53,160 bases of DNA, taken from positions 1 to 53,160 of the forward strand of contig JAZDIV010000084.1 in the NCBI GenBank assembly GCA_043804695.1, read 5' to 3'. The position numbers were made by a program, and so were the translations under genes. The notes under the pieces are model-generated. The model was not told the DNA's origin and made no database searches. It saw only the letters and a list, made by a program, of their open reading frames with translations. Origin of the DNA: PVC group bacterium. Its GTDB lineage: Bacteria; Auribacterota; Erginobacteria; Erginobacterales; Erginobacteraceae. Shown here one piece after another: positions 8,919 to 18,460 of this stretch (positions are counted from its first letter, which is position 1; every line of letters starts with the position of its first letter).

Positions 8919-10046
8919 ATGAAGATAGTGTTCCTGCTCTCAGTTCTTTTTATCGGCTACACCTACCTGGGGTATCCCCTGGTGCTTTTTTTCGCGGGAA
9001 GACGCCAAAGACCGACCACGCCCGTCCCTCCGGCGGCCGGTTGTCCTTCGGTCAGCCTTCTGATCCCGGTCTACAATGAAGAGGCGGTTATCGAGAAGAA
9101 ACTGGAAAACGCTCTCCGCCTCGATTATCCGCCGGAGAAGCTGGAGATCGTGGTCGCCGCCGACGGCTGCAGCGACCGGACCGTCGAACGGGTCCGCCCC
9201 TACCTCTCCCGCGGCGTCCGCCTGCTGGAGTATGCCGGGCACCGGGGCAAGATGGCCGCCATCAACCGGTCGGTCCCCCGGCTTTCAGGAGAGATCGTCG
9301 TCTTCACCGACGCCAGCGTCGTCTTCCCGAAAGATGCCCTGACGTTTCTTCTCCCCGGGTTTTCCGACCCATCGGTGGGTACCGTGAGCGGGGCCCTGGT
9401 CCTGAAAGAAGAAAAGGAGGCCGGGGGGGAGCTCCCGGTTGACTGGTACTGGCGGCTGGAGAAGTTTGTCCGCGAACGGGAGAGCCGCTGGTATTCCTGC
9501 ATCAGCGCGACCGGCGCGATCTACGCCATCCGCCGGGAGCTCATTTCCGAGCTTCCCGAAGACACCATCCTCGATGATCTTCTGATCCCCCTGGGGCCGC
9601 TCCGGCGCGGGTACCGGATTCTCTTCGAGGGGAGGGCTGTGGCCTACGAGGAAGGCTATGCCGGTCTTGCAATGGAGTTCCGGCGCAAGGTGAGGACGCT
9701 GGCCGGCAACTACCAATCCTTCGCCCGGGCCTCCTGGGCGCTTCTCCCCGGGAAGTCGCCGGTCGCCTTCCAGATGATCTCCCACAAGCTCTTTCGCCTG
9801 CTGGTGCCGTTCGCCCTTCTGGGGATGCTTCTGGCCGCCGCCGCCGGCCCGACCGCCCTGCGCCCTTTTCTCTGCCTGCAGGTTCTCTTCTATGGTCTGG
9901 CGGGCGGCGGTCTCCTCCTGACCCGGCGGGGCCGGCGTCCCGGCAAGATCTTTTCGGTGCCCCTGGTCTTCTGTCTTCTCAATGGCGCCGCCCTGAAGGC
10001 GTTTTTTGTCTATTTTTTCCAGAGGAAGAACCCGGTGTGGCGATGA
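8919..10046 (+). CDS. Glycosyltransferase family 2 (CESA-like)
   Basis: IPVYNEE, DGCSD, GK..A.N, FTDA, DD and R..R motifs; C-terminal TMs. Confidence 0.92.
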   Translation: MKIVFLLSVLFIGYTYLGYPLVLFFAGRRQRPTTPVPPAAGCPSVSLLIPVYNEEAVIEKKLENALRLDYPPEKLEIVVAADGCSDRTVERVRPYLSRGVRLLEYAGHRGKMAAINRSVPRLSGEIVVFTDASVVFPKDALTFLLPGFSDPSVGTVSGALVLKEEKEAGGELPVDWYWRLEKFVRERESRWYSCISATGAIYAIRRELISELPEDTILDDLLIPLGPLRRGYRILFEGRAVAYEEGYAGLAMEFRRKVRTLAGNYQSFARASWALLPGKSPVAFQMISHKLFRLLVPFALLGMLLAAAAGPTALRPFLCLQVLFYGLAGGGLLLTRRGRRPGKIFSVPLVFCLLNGAALKAFFVYFFQRKNPVWR

Positions 10047-10089
10047 CCGCCTTTTTGCTGGACTATTTCGTTCTGTTATACTATGAACA

Positions 10090-10116
10090 TCTTATTTTTC
10101 CTGCGGAAAAATAAGA
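10090..10116. repeat. GNA-triloop hairpin
   Basis: tcttatttttcc-TGC-ggaaaaataaga, a perfect 12-bp stem. Confidence 0.7.
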
Positions 10117-10246
10117 ATGCTGGAGAAATCATCGTTATGACATGAACTGTTGGTTTTTACTAATCCTATAAATCATCACCGATTTAAATTCGTTATAGCA
10201 AAATGTGATTAATATAAATTTGCGAGCGCAGCGAGCTAATTTAGAT

Positions 10247-11401
10247 ATGAATGAGACCTGGAAAAAGAAGCTGTTTTTACTACTCCGGCTCTCCATCAGT
10301 TTCGGCCTGATCGCCTATATCTTTTACAAGATCAGCGCCAAGCACAGATTGAGCGATCTGGTCACGTATTTCTCCGACGCACATTACTGGTGGTTGCTGG
10401 GGGCCGCCATCCTCCTGCTCGGCCTTTTAGGAGCAGGCTCTTTCCGGTGGGGGATGCTTCTGACCGCCCAGGGGGTGCGCCTGAGCCATCTCAGTGTTTT
10501 TATGTATTACATGATGGGCATGTTTTTTAATAATTTTCTGCCCAGTACCGTGGGGGGGGACTTCGTCAAGGCCTACTATCTCTCCCGGGCGACCGGGAAG
10601 ACCGCCGGCTCGTTCATCTCCGTGCTGATCGACCGGCTGATGGGGATGGGAGGTCTCTGCGTGGTGGCGGTCGCCGCCTGCCTGCTCGGGGGAACGGATC
10701 TCTATCAGAACCCGGCTACCCACCCCTATGCCCTCCCGATCTTTTTGATTGTGGGAGGTGTTTCAGCCGCTCTCGTCATCTTCTTTCTGCTGGTCTTTAA
10801 TGACAGGGTGATGAATTTCTTCTTGAAGTTGTCCCGCCCCGGCACATCCGATCGGGCTCGGACAGAAGTTTTCCAACCATCAACGTTCAAAGAACGAATC
10901 CGTACATTCAAGAAACATTTTTTAAATTTATTGCGGAAGATTGGTGATAAGATTAAAGAATTCCACCAGGCGGTGTATATTTATAAAGGGCATGGAAAGG
11001 TTCTGGGGCAGACGCTTCTTATCTCAACCGGGATCTGGGTGGTGATTATCTTTGTCTCCTGGATGGTTTTTATGGCTTTTCACTCCGGGCAGTTGCCGGT
11101 TCCGCCCGGAAAGATCCCTTCGATCCCGGTCCGGTATTTTTTTCTTTTTCTCCCGGTGATCTCGGTCATCATGTCGCTCCCGATCTCCTTTGCCGGAATC
11201 GGCACCCGGGAGATGGGCTTTATCATCTTCTTCAGCACGCTGCCGGGAATCAAGGAACTGGACGCGCTGATCATCTCACTGACCTTTTACTTTGTCTACC
11301 TGACCGTCTCACTGCTCGGCGGCGTCATCTACATCTTTAAGGACAAATTGCATTTCCACCGGGAAGCCGTGGCTGAATCCGCCACCCCGGATCAAATGTA
11401 A
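10247..11401 (+). CDS. Lysylphosphatidylglycerol-synthase-TM / UPF0104 flippase-like membrane protein
   Basis: RW..LL, FFNNFLPS.VGGD..K, S...DRL.G and LPIS.AGIG.RE motifs; start taken at MNETWKK. Confidence 0.88.
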   Translation: MNETWKKKLFLLLRLSISFGLIAYIFYKISAKHRLSDLVTYFSDAHYWWLLGAAILLLGLLGAGSFRWGMLLTAQGVRLSHLSVFMYYMMGMFFNNFLPSTVGGDFVKAYYLSRATGKTAGSFISVLIDRLMGMGGLCVVAVAACLLGGTDLYQNPATHPYALPIFLIVGGVSAALVIFFLLVFNDRVMNFFLKLSRPGTSDRARTEVFQPSTFKERIRTFKKHFLNLLRKIGDKIKEFHQAVYIYKGHGKVLGQTLLISTGIWVVIIFVSWMVFMAFHSGQLPVPPGKIPSIPVRYFFLFLPVISVIMSLPISFAGIGTREMGFIIFFSTLPGIKELDALIISLTFYFVYLTVSLLGGVIYIFKDKLHFHREAVAESATPDQM

Positions 11402-11427
11402 TTACAATGCCCAAAGGAGCTTGCGAC

Positions 11428-12159
11428 ATGAAAGGAGTTATTCTGGCCGGAGGGCTGGGAACCCGCCTGGCGCCCCTCACCAAGATAACCAACAAGCATC
11501 TTCTGCCGATTTACGACAAGCCGATGATCTATTACCCCATCCAGACGCTGGTCAATGCCGGTATCGAGGATATCATGATCGTGACCGGGGGAAATAACGC
11601 CGGCGATTTTTTACGGCTTCTCGGGAACGGGAAGGAGTTCGGACTCAAGGGGCTCCGCTACGCCTACCAGGAAGGGGAGGGCGGCATCGCCGATGCGCTC
11701 AGCCTGGCCGAGCACTTCACTGAAAGGGAGAAGATACTGGTCATGCTCGGGGACAACGTGATTGAGAAGAATATCATTAAGCCGGTGCAGGCTTTCAGAG
11801 AACAGGCGTCCGGCGCCCGGATTCTTCTGAAAGAGGTGCCCAACCCCCAGGACTACGGGGTCGCCGTTCTGGAGGGTGACCGGGTGGTGAAGATAATCGA
11901 AAAACCGAAAGAGCCACCCACCAGTTACGCGGTGATCGGTATTTACATGTACGACGGCCGGGTGTTCGATATGATCAAAAACCTGTCGCCTTCCGACCGG
12001 GGAGAACTGGAAATCACCGACGTCAACAACATGTACATCGAAGCCGGCTCCATGTCATACGATCTCCTGGACGGTTGGTGGGCGGACGCCGGCTCCTCCA
12101 TCGAGGGCTGCTTCCGGGTCAACCGGATGGTGGCGGAAGGAGGAGCCAACAAGGTATAA
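11428..12159 (+). CDS. rfbA: Glucose-1-phosphate thymidylyltransferase (short SpsI-like form)
   Basis: MKGVILAGGLGTRLAPLT..NKHLLP.YDKPMIYYP and RGELEITD motifs; aaggag RBS. Confidence 0.92.
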   Translation: MKGVILAGGLGTRLAPLTKITNKHLLPIYDKPMIYYPIQTLVNAGIEDIMIVTGGNNAGDFLRLLGNGKEFGLKGLRYAYQEGEGGIADALSLAEHFTEREKILVMLGDNVIEKNIIKPVQAFREQASGARILLKEVPNPQDYGVAVLEGDRVVKIIEKPKEPPTSYAVIGIYMYDGRVFDMIKNLSPSDRGELEITDVNNMYIEAGSMSYDLLDGWWADAGSSIEGCFRVNRMVAEGGANKV

Positions 12160-12181
12160 TTTTTGCGAGGCAAAAATTATA
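12155..12181. terminator. Hairpin at the rfbA stop (possible terminator)
   Basis: tataatttttgc-GAG-gcaaaaattata, a perfect 12-bp stem. Confidence 0.5.
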
Positions 12182-12391
12182 GTTTTGAACAATGACAAAG
12201 ATTAAATGAACAGCCAGACGAAAAGATATTGATTTTATCAAATTCAAAGGCCTTGAATTACAGCCAAAGGTCTATTTCTACCGGCTGAGCTAACATGATA
12301 AACAACATGTTGTCCTTCCGGAGAAGAAAAAGTAGAGTGCTGTAGCCGCATAACCGGGATTACTATATGTAACGTGTTGAACGATAATTGA

Positions 12392-12442
12392 TAACCCGGA
12401 TTATTCAGGAAAATTGAAAATTTTCCTGAATAATCCGGGTTA
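12392..12442. repeat. Perfect 24-bp inverted repeat with GAA loop abutting the rfbB RBS
   Basis: taacccggattattcaggaaaatt-GAA-aattttcctgaataatccgggtta. Confidence 0.9.
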
Positions 12443-12452
12443 AGGAGAAGGA

Positions 12453-13460
12453 ATGAGGAGAAAGATATTAGTAACCGGGGGGGCCGGCTTCATCGGCTCG
12501 AATTTTATTCATTACCTGGCCGAACATTATCCCGGCGACACGATTATCAACCTGGATAAACTGACCTACGCCGGCAATCTCGACAACCTGAAGGAGATGG
12601 CAGGGAAGCCGGGGTACCGCTTTGTCCGGGGCGATATCTCGGATCCCGCGGTGGTTGAAGGGATTTTCCGGGAAGGACTGAACGTGGTGGTCAACTTCGC
12701 CGCCGAGACCCACGTGGACCGGTCGATCGGGAACCCGGATGATTTCATCCGGACGGACGTGTACGGGACCTATGTCTTGCTCGAGGCGGCCCGGCATAAC
12801 GGCGTGGAATGCTTCGTCCAGATCTCGACCGACGAGGTGTACGGGTCCGTGGAAGAAGGCTTCAGCCGGGAGACCGACCCCCTGATGCCCCGCAACCCGT
12901 ATGCCGCCAGCAAGGCGGGAGCCGACCGGCTGGCGTACTCCTACTTCGCCACCTACGGTCTCCCGGTCTTCATTACCCGGGCGTCCAATAATTTCGGGCC
13001 TTATCAGTACCCTGAAAAAGTCATCCCGCTTTTCGTCACCAACGCCCTCGATGATATCCCGCTCCCCCTCTACGGCGACGGTCTGAACATCCGGGACTGG
13101 CTCTTCGTGGGAGATCACTGCAGCGCGATCGATCTCTTGATCTCGAGGGGCAAGCGGGGGGAGGTTTACAATATTGGCGGCGGGAACCTGCTCACCAACC
13201 GTGAACTGACGGCCCGGATACTTGATTATCTCGGTCTCCCCGAGACCCTGATCCGGCGGGTCCGGGACCGGGAGGGGCACGACCGCCGGTATGCCCTCGA
13301 CTCCTCCAAACTCAAGGCGCTGGGCTGGTCCCCGGCCGCGGATTTTAAAAGTGAGCTGGATGTCACGATCGACTGGTACCGGAATAACCGGTGGTGGTGG
13401 GAGAAGATCAAGAGCGGCGAGTTCAAGGAGTATTATAAGGAACAATACGGGAACCGATGA
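12453..13460 (+). CDS. rfbB: dTDP-glucose 4,6-dehydratase
   Basis: VTGGAGFIG, DKLTYAGN, AAETHVDRSI, STDEVYG, YAASK and HDRRY motifs. Confidence 0.96.
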   Translation: MRRKILVTGGAGFIGSNFIHYLAEHYPGDTIINLDKLTYAGNLDNLKEMAGKPGYRFVRGDISDPAVVEGIFREGLNVVVNFAAETHVDRSIGNPDDFIRTDVYGTYVLLEAARHNGVECFVQISTDEVYGSVEEGFSRETDPLMPRNPYAASKAGADRLAYSYFATYGLPVFITRASNNFGPYQYPEKVIPLFVTNALDDIPLPLYGDGLNIRDWLFVGDHCSAIDLLISRGKRGEVYNIGGGNLLTNRELTARILDYLGLPETLIRRVRDREGHDRRYALDSSKLKALGWSPAADFKSELDVTIDWYRNNRWWWEKIKSGEFKEYYKEQYGNR

Positions 13461-13463
13461 AAA

Positions 13464-13512
13464 TAGGCAGTGGGCAGTGGGCAGTAGGCAGTAGGCAGTA
13501 GGCAGTAAGCAG
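13464..13512. repeat. 7-nt periodic repeat (TRRGCAG)x7
   Basis: taggcag tgggcag tgggcag taggcag taggcag taggcag taagcag. Confidence 0.92.
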
Positions 13513-13575
13513 CGAGGCCCGGGTCATTCGAGTTTTGCCATCGGGGATGTGACATTCTTTCGGATTCCGTCATTC

Positions 13576-13605
13576 TCCGCCGGAGGCGGATCCGCCTCCG
13601 GCGGA
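13576..13605. repeat. 30-bp double-hairpin element (perfect palindrome)
   Basis: tccgcc-GGA-ggcgga tccgcc-TCC-ggcgga; a related copy is at 50836..50865. Confidence 0.85.
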
Positions 13606-13664
13606 GGACCCGTCATTGTAATGATGCTTTTATCGAAATGTAATGGTAGCCGGGGCGTTATCTG

Positions 13665-14522
13665 ATGCCGCCGGAGTTGTCCATTCTGGTAATCGGATCC
13701 GGGGGCTTGCTGGGGCAGGCGTGTATGGGGGGCCTCGGTCTGCCGGGCGGGGTCGGGGGGGTGGATATTGATGCCTGCGACATCACTCAGCCGGTGCGGA
13801 TTGAGGAAACACTCGACTCTTTTCAACCCGATTGGGTCGTCAATACCGCGGCCTGCACCGATGTTGACGGATGTGAGGGAAACCGGGCCCTGGCCTGGGC
13901 GGTCAACGCCCGGGGAGCCGGGAATCTGGCCCGTGCCTGTTCCCGGCGGGATATCGGGCTGATCCAGATCAGCACTGATTTTATCTTCGACGGATGGAAC
14001 GAAGAGCCGTACCGGGAAGACGCCGCCGCCGCGCCGCTGAGCGTTTACGGGGCGAGCAAATGGGGAGGGGAAGAGGAGGTGAGAAGCGCGGGGGGGCGTC
14101 ATCTGATTGTCCGGACGTCCTGGCTTTTCGGCCGCGGGGGGAAAAACTTCCCCGACACCATTCTCAACGCCGCCCGCTCCGCCCACCTGTTGAGGGTGGT
14201 CTCTGATCAGCGGGGAGCCCCCACCTACGCCCCGGACCTGGCGGCGGCGATCGGGGAGCTGATCCGGAAGGACGCGCTTGGAACCGTCCATGTCACCAAC
14301 CGGGGCAGCTGCTCCTGGTATGAGTACGCGCTCTTTGTGCTGGCGGCAGCCGGACGGAGCACCCGGGCAATCCCCATTACCTCGGAGGAGCTGGCCCGTC
14401 CGGCCGCGCGTCCGAAATATTCCGTCCTCTCCCTGGAGCGATACGAGCGGATCACCGGCCGGAGAATGCGGCCCTGGCAGGAAACGGTCCGGGAGTATCT
14501 CAGCATGGAGCAGGGGGCATAG
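13665..14522 (+). CDS. rfbD: dTDP-4-dehydrorhamnose reductase
   Basis: G.GGLLG, N.AA.TDVD.CE, ISTDF.FDG, YG.SK..GE and DQ.G.PT motifs. Confidence 0.94.
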   Translation: MPPELSILVIGSGGLLGQACMGGLGLPGGVGGVDIDACDITQPVRIEETLDSFQPDWVVNTAACTDVDGCEGNRALAWAVNARGAGNLARACSRRDIGLIQISTDFIFDGWNEEPYREDAAAAPLSVYGASKWGGEEEVRSAGGRHLIVRTSWLFGRGGKNFPDTILNAARSAHLLRVVSDQRGAPTYAPDLAAAIGELIRKDALGTVHVTNRGSCSWYEYALFVLAAAGRSTRAIPITSEELARPAARPKYSVLSLERYERITGRRMRPWQETVREYLSMEQGA

Positions 14523-14565
14523 GGTTCAGGGTTCACGGGTCAGGGGTCAGGGTTCAGGGGTCAGG
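14521..14565. repeat. 7-nt periodic repeat (AGGGKTC)x6
   Basis: agggttc agggttc acgggtc aggggtc agggttc aggggtc. Confidence 0.9.
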
Positions 14566-14865
14566 CGGTGGCCCGGGGGCGCAATCCTCTTTCATCACAT
14601 TTGATTATCTGTTAGATCAAGAGATAAGGTATAATCATTGAACGTTGAACGCGATCGGGTGCTGAGGCAAAAGACATAAATCATCTTTAATCACATTCGA
14701 TCGTCTGTTGTATAAAGGGGGCGAGGCGGGGTGAACTCTTGCGTTTTTTGTCGAAGATCCTGAGTTTATCGAAGGGCGCTTTTTTGCGGCTAATAAAAGA
14801 GGGCGAGGCAGGGGGCCTGAGCTCTGTTCGTTTGTATAATGGATGGTTTTTAAAGGAGGGAAAAC

Positions 14866-15087
14866 ATGATCGACAAGGAACTTCTCGAGATTCTGGCCTG
14901 TCCGGCCTGCAAGTCGGGGCTGCGGTACGATGAGGCAAACCAGAAGCTGATCTGCCTGGATGAGAACCGGGATGCCCGCGAGTTCAAACGCGGCGAGCCG
15001 TGCGGCCTTATCTATTCCATCAAGGATGACATCCCGATCATGCTGATCGAGGAGGCGGAAAAGCCGGGCGAGATGAGTAATCAATAG
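14866..15087 (+). CDS. Trm112-like (YcaR/UPF0434) small protein
   Basis: MIDKELLEILACPACK...Y.IKDDIPIMLIEEA; aaggagg RBS. Confidence 0.9.
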   Translation: MIDKELLEILACPACKSGLRYDEANQKLICLDENRDAREFKRGEPCGLIYSIKDDIPIMLIEEAEKPGEMSNQ

Positions 15088-15127
15088 GCAAGTCCCGATC
15101 AAAAAATGTATCGGTTGATTGGACAGA

Positions 15128-15282
15128 GGATATCGGGAGGGCGGAGAAAGGAGATCAGGATATCAGGGGATCAGTGGGAAGGACATCAGAAGATCAGGGG
15201 ATCGGGTGGGGGCCGGCCGGCGCCTGATAATAACCTGGTTCCCTGATCTTCTTTCCACAGGTATACTGATAACCTGATATCC
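15128..15282. repeat. 8-nt periodic inverted repeat
   Basis: gagatcag gatatcag gggatcag ... followed by cctgataa, cctggttc, cctgatct, cctgatatcc. Confidence 0.75.
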
Positions 15283-15295
15283 ATTTTTAACAAAC

Positions 15296-15808
15296 ATGAA
15301 TACGGCTTTGAAGATTCTGGTTATCCACGGCCCGAACCTCCAGCTGCTGGGAGGACGGGAGCCGGACGTGTACGGGGCCGTTACCCTGGATGAGATCAAC
15401 CGGAGACTGGAGGCGGAAGCCGTTCAGGCGGGTGCCGAGCTCCGGATTGTCCAGTCCAACCACGAAGGGGAGATCATCGATTTGATCGGCGGTTCGGCCA
15501 AAACCGCCGACGCGATCCTGATCAACCCGGCCGGGTACACCCATACCAGCGTTGCCATCCGGGACGCCCTGGCCGTGGTTGCCATCCCGGCGGTCGAGGT
15601 GCACCTGTCCAATATTTACCGCCGGGAGGAATTCCGGCGGCAGTCATTGATCGCCCCGGCCGTCGCCGGGCAGGTCGCCGGTTTCGGGGTCGACAGTTAT
15701 CTGCTCGGGCTGCGGGCCGCGATCGGCCTGGCCCGGCGGAAGGGCGGGGCGGCCGGCATCCGTTTCCCCTTCTTCCCCGGGGGGCCCCGCCTCCGGGGGG
15801 TGTTCTGA
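15296..15808 (+). CDS. aroQ: Type II 3-dehydroquinate dehydratase
   Basis: [29 protein letters not shown] and EVHLSN...REEFR motifs. Confidence 0.96.
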   Translation: MNTALKILVIHGPNLQLLGGREPDVYGAVTLDEINRRLEAEAVQAGAELRIVQSNHEGEIIDLIGGSAKTADAILINPAGYTHTSVAIRDALAVVAIPAVEVHLSNIYRREEFRRQSLIAPAVAGQVAGFGVDSYLLGLRAAIGLARRKGGAAGIRFPFFPGGPRLRGVF

Positions 15809-15823
15809 AACCGGACCGGCAGG

Positions 15824-16948
15824 ATGAATTGTATGACCTTTGATCACGCCGTCCGTCTGGAGAAAATCAGGAAATCATTCCGGAGCCGGTCTCTGGATTC
15901 CATCCTGATCTCCGGGAAGGAGAACATCTATTATCTGAGTGGTTTTACCGGCGCGGACAGCTGGCTGCTGATCGCCGGGAACCGGTCTTTCCTGATCACC
16001 GATTTCCGGTACCGCGAGCAGGCGGAGGCGGAAGTCGCGCCGATGTGTGAAACGCGGGAGCGGTCCGCCGGTTCTCTGGCGGCGGCCGTCGCCGGTCTCT
16101 GCCGGGAGCTGCGCCTGCGGAGAATCGGATGTGAAGAGCACCGGCTGAGCTGCGCCGACTTCCGGCGGCTGCAAAAGGAGCTCGGCGGCAGAGAGCTGCT
16201 GCCGGCCGGCCCCCGGGTGGAGAATCTCCGGATGATCAAGGATCCGGAGGAGATCGCTCTCCTCCGCCAGTCCGGGCGCCGGACCGCCCGTCTTCTGGGA
16301 CGGGCCGCGAAAGCGGAGGCGGAGGGATTGACCGAAACCGCCCTGGCCGCCCGGCTGTCCGCCGGGTTTCTGAAACAGGGCGGGCAGGCTGCCTTCCCGC
16401 CGATCGTGGCGGGGGGGTCCCGCAGTTCGCGGCCCCACGCCGCCCCGTCGGATTTTCCGCTTCGCGCGGGGATGATCCTCCTGGTCGATCTGGGGGGCCG
16501 CTGGGAGTTTTATAATGCCGACATGACCAGGACATTTGTTCTGGGCGATTTTCCCCGGCGGTTCAAATCCATCTACCGGGCCGTCCTCTCCGCGCAGAAA
16601 AGGGCGCTCGCGGCCATCAGGCCGGGGATGCGGGCTTCCCTGATCGATAAGTCGGCGCGGGACTTTCTGGCCCGAAAAGGGTATGGTTCCTCTTTCGGCC
16701 ACAGCCTGGGACACGGGGTGGGGCTCGAGGTCCATGAAGGCCCGGCCATCAGCGCCGCCTCCCGGGAGGTGCTGGCGGAAGGGATGGTGTTCACCGTTGA
16801 GCCCGGTGTCTATATCCCCGGATGGGGGGGTATCCGGATCGAAGACACGGTGCTGGTGACCGCCGCCGGATGCGAGATACTGACCGATTGTCCCAGGGAT
16901 CTGGGTAGCTGCTGTCTGGAAGCAAGACGGGGAAAAAGTAATCAGTAA
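15824..16948 (+). CDS. Xaa-Pro aminopeptidase (M24B)
   Basis: Creatinase-like N-terminal domain; DLG...Y.ADMTRT, HSLGHGVGLEVHE and TVEPG...G.RIED motifs. Confidence 0.93.
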   Translation: MNCMTFDHAVRLEKIRKSFRSRSLDSILISGKENIYYLSGFTGADSWLLIAGNRSFLITDFRYREQAEAEVAPMCETRERSAGSLAAAVAGLCRELRLRRIGCEEHRLSCADFRRLQKELGGRELLPAGPRVENLRMIKDPEEIALLRQSGRRTARLLGRAAKAEAEGLTETALAARLSAGFLKQGGQAAFPPIVAGGSRSSRPHAAPSDFPLRAGMILLVDLGGRWEFYNADMTRTFVLGDFPRRFKSIYRAVLSAQKRALAAIRPGMRASLIDKSARDFLARKGYGSSFGHSLGHGVGLEVHEGPAISAASREVLAEGMVFTVEPGVYIPGWGGIRIEDTVLVTAAGCEILTDCPRDLGSCCLEARRGKSNQ

Positions 16949-17117
16949 TCGGTAATTGGTGATCAGTGCTTCGCTTGACGCGAAATCATAATTACGGAAT
17001 ACGGATTACGGGTTGCCGATCACGAATCGCGATGACCGGCCACTGATTACCGATTACTGATTACCGATTACCGATTACTGATTATTGGTCACAGAGTACC
17101 GCTCACTGCCAACTGCC
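16937..17117. repeat. 7-nt periodic inverted repeat
   Basis: agtaatc agtaatc ggtaatt ggtgatc, then a long ttaccga/ttactga/tcactg run ending before the pfk RBS. Confidence 0.9.
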
Positions 17118-17137
17118 ATACTAAGGGAGGTCTGCTT

Positions 17138-18460
17138 ATGATTAAACGTATCATCGTCGGAGAATCGGGCGGCCCGACCCCGGTAATCGACTGGGAAGTC
17201 TCCGGGGTTGTCGAGGCCGCCCAGATGGCGGGGATAGAGGTCTACGGGATGATCAACGGACTGGAAGGGGTTCTCAATGCAGATATTGAAGGCAACATTG
17301 TGGATCTCACCGGGGTAGACCACATGGCTCTGGCCTTCAACGGCCCCGGCGCCGGTCTCCGGACTACCCGGATCAAGCCGACCGCTGAACAGTACCGGAT
17401 CATCGCCCGCAATCTCGAAGCTTTCGGCATTGACGGTGTGGTCTATATCGGCGGCAACGACAGCGCCGCCCAGCTCCAGGGCCTGACCGCCGTGAGCGGT
17501 GTCAGGGCCATCCACGCCATCAAGACGGTGGACAACGATCTCCCGGTCACTCATCACTGCCCGGGATACGGTTCAGCCGCTCTCTACAATGCGATCGCCC
17601 TGAAAAACGTGAACAATGATTTTTCCTCCTACAAGGCATGGGGCAACTTCGACCGCGGGGGGAGGGTGGTGAAGTCACTGAGCGTTGCCCCGGTGGTCAT
17701 CTACCAGGTGATGGGACGCAAAGCCGGCTGGCTGGCCCAGGGAACCGCCTTCGCCCGGGTCGACCCCAAGGGGGACATGATCCCCAACTATCCGCCGCAG
17801 ATAATCCTGAGCAAGGAAATCACCTTCGATAAGCAGGAGTTTCTCGACTCGCTCGCCGGCGTGCTCGACCGCGTGGGGTCCGGGGTGGTGGTTGTCCAGG
17901 AGGATCTGACCGATCGGGCAACCGGTCGGGCTCTGGCCGAGATCCACGCGGAGAAAGTGGTGATTGACGCTCACGGCAACATTCAACACGGGCGGGCCGG
18001 GTCCTTCGCCCCCTGCATCTTCCTGGCCCGGCTGATCAAGGCCGAACTGAAGGTTGACTCCATTCTCGGCGAAATCAAGGACGCGGTCCTGGCCCCCCAG
18101 CATATTCAGCGGAGCTATGTCATGTCTCCGCCGGACGCTTCCGATGCCTTCCGGGTCGGCTTTGCCGCGGTCCGCGCCCTGCTTGACGGCGAGGACCGCA
18201 AGTCCGTCATCCTGAAGCGGGAGAACGGCCGGACGGCGACCGGCCTGACCGACCTGGCGAATATCGCCGGCAGGGAAAAATCGGTCCCCCTCTCCCTGAT
18301 CAACGGGCTCCACGGGCCCACCCAGGAGTTTATCGACGAGTACCTCTACCTGATCGGCGGTCCGATGGCCATCCCGCACTACTCATCGCATTACTTCAAG
18401 TCTGTCTCCGTGCCGGAGGAGGTCCGGAAGCACCCCTACCTGAAACCCGAGGTGAAATGA
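17138..18460 (+). CDS. Phosphofructokinase, probably PPi-dependent
   Basis: SGGPT, GGNDS, KTVDNDL and MGR.AGW motifs; Asp and Lys occupy the two PPi-diagnostic positions. Confidence 0.85.
   Translation: MIKRIIVGESGGPTPVIDWEVSGVVEAAQMAGIEVYGMINGLEGVLNADIEGNIVDLTGVDHMALAFNGPGAGLRTTRIKPTAEQYRIIARNLEAFGIDGVVYIGGNDSAAQLQGLTAVSGVRAIHAIKTVDNDLPVTHHCPGYGSAALYNAIALKNVNNDFSSYKAWGNFDRGGRVVKSLSVAPVVIYQVMGRKAGWLAQGTAFARVDPKGDMIPNYPPQIILSKEITFDKQEFLDSLAGVLDRVGSGVVVVQEDLTDRATGRALAEIHAEKVVIDAHGNIQHGRAGSFAPCIFLARLIKAELKVDSILGEIKDAVLAPQHIQRSYVMSPPDASDAFRVGFAAVRALLDGEDRKSVILKRENGRTATGLTDLANIAGREKSVPLSLINGLHGPTQEFIDEYLYLIGGPMAIPHYSSHYFKSVSVPEEVRKHPYLKPEVK

Noticed and set aside
14748-14776. ttgtcgaagatcctgagtttatcgaaggg REP-like fragment
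   Set aside because: Resembles CCTGAG...TCGAAGGG-type repeats, but it is single and unpaired in this window, so it is not supportable as a feature.
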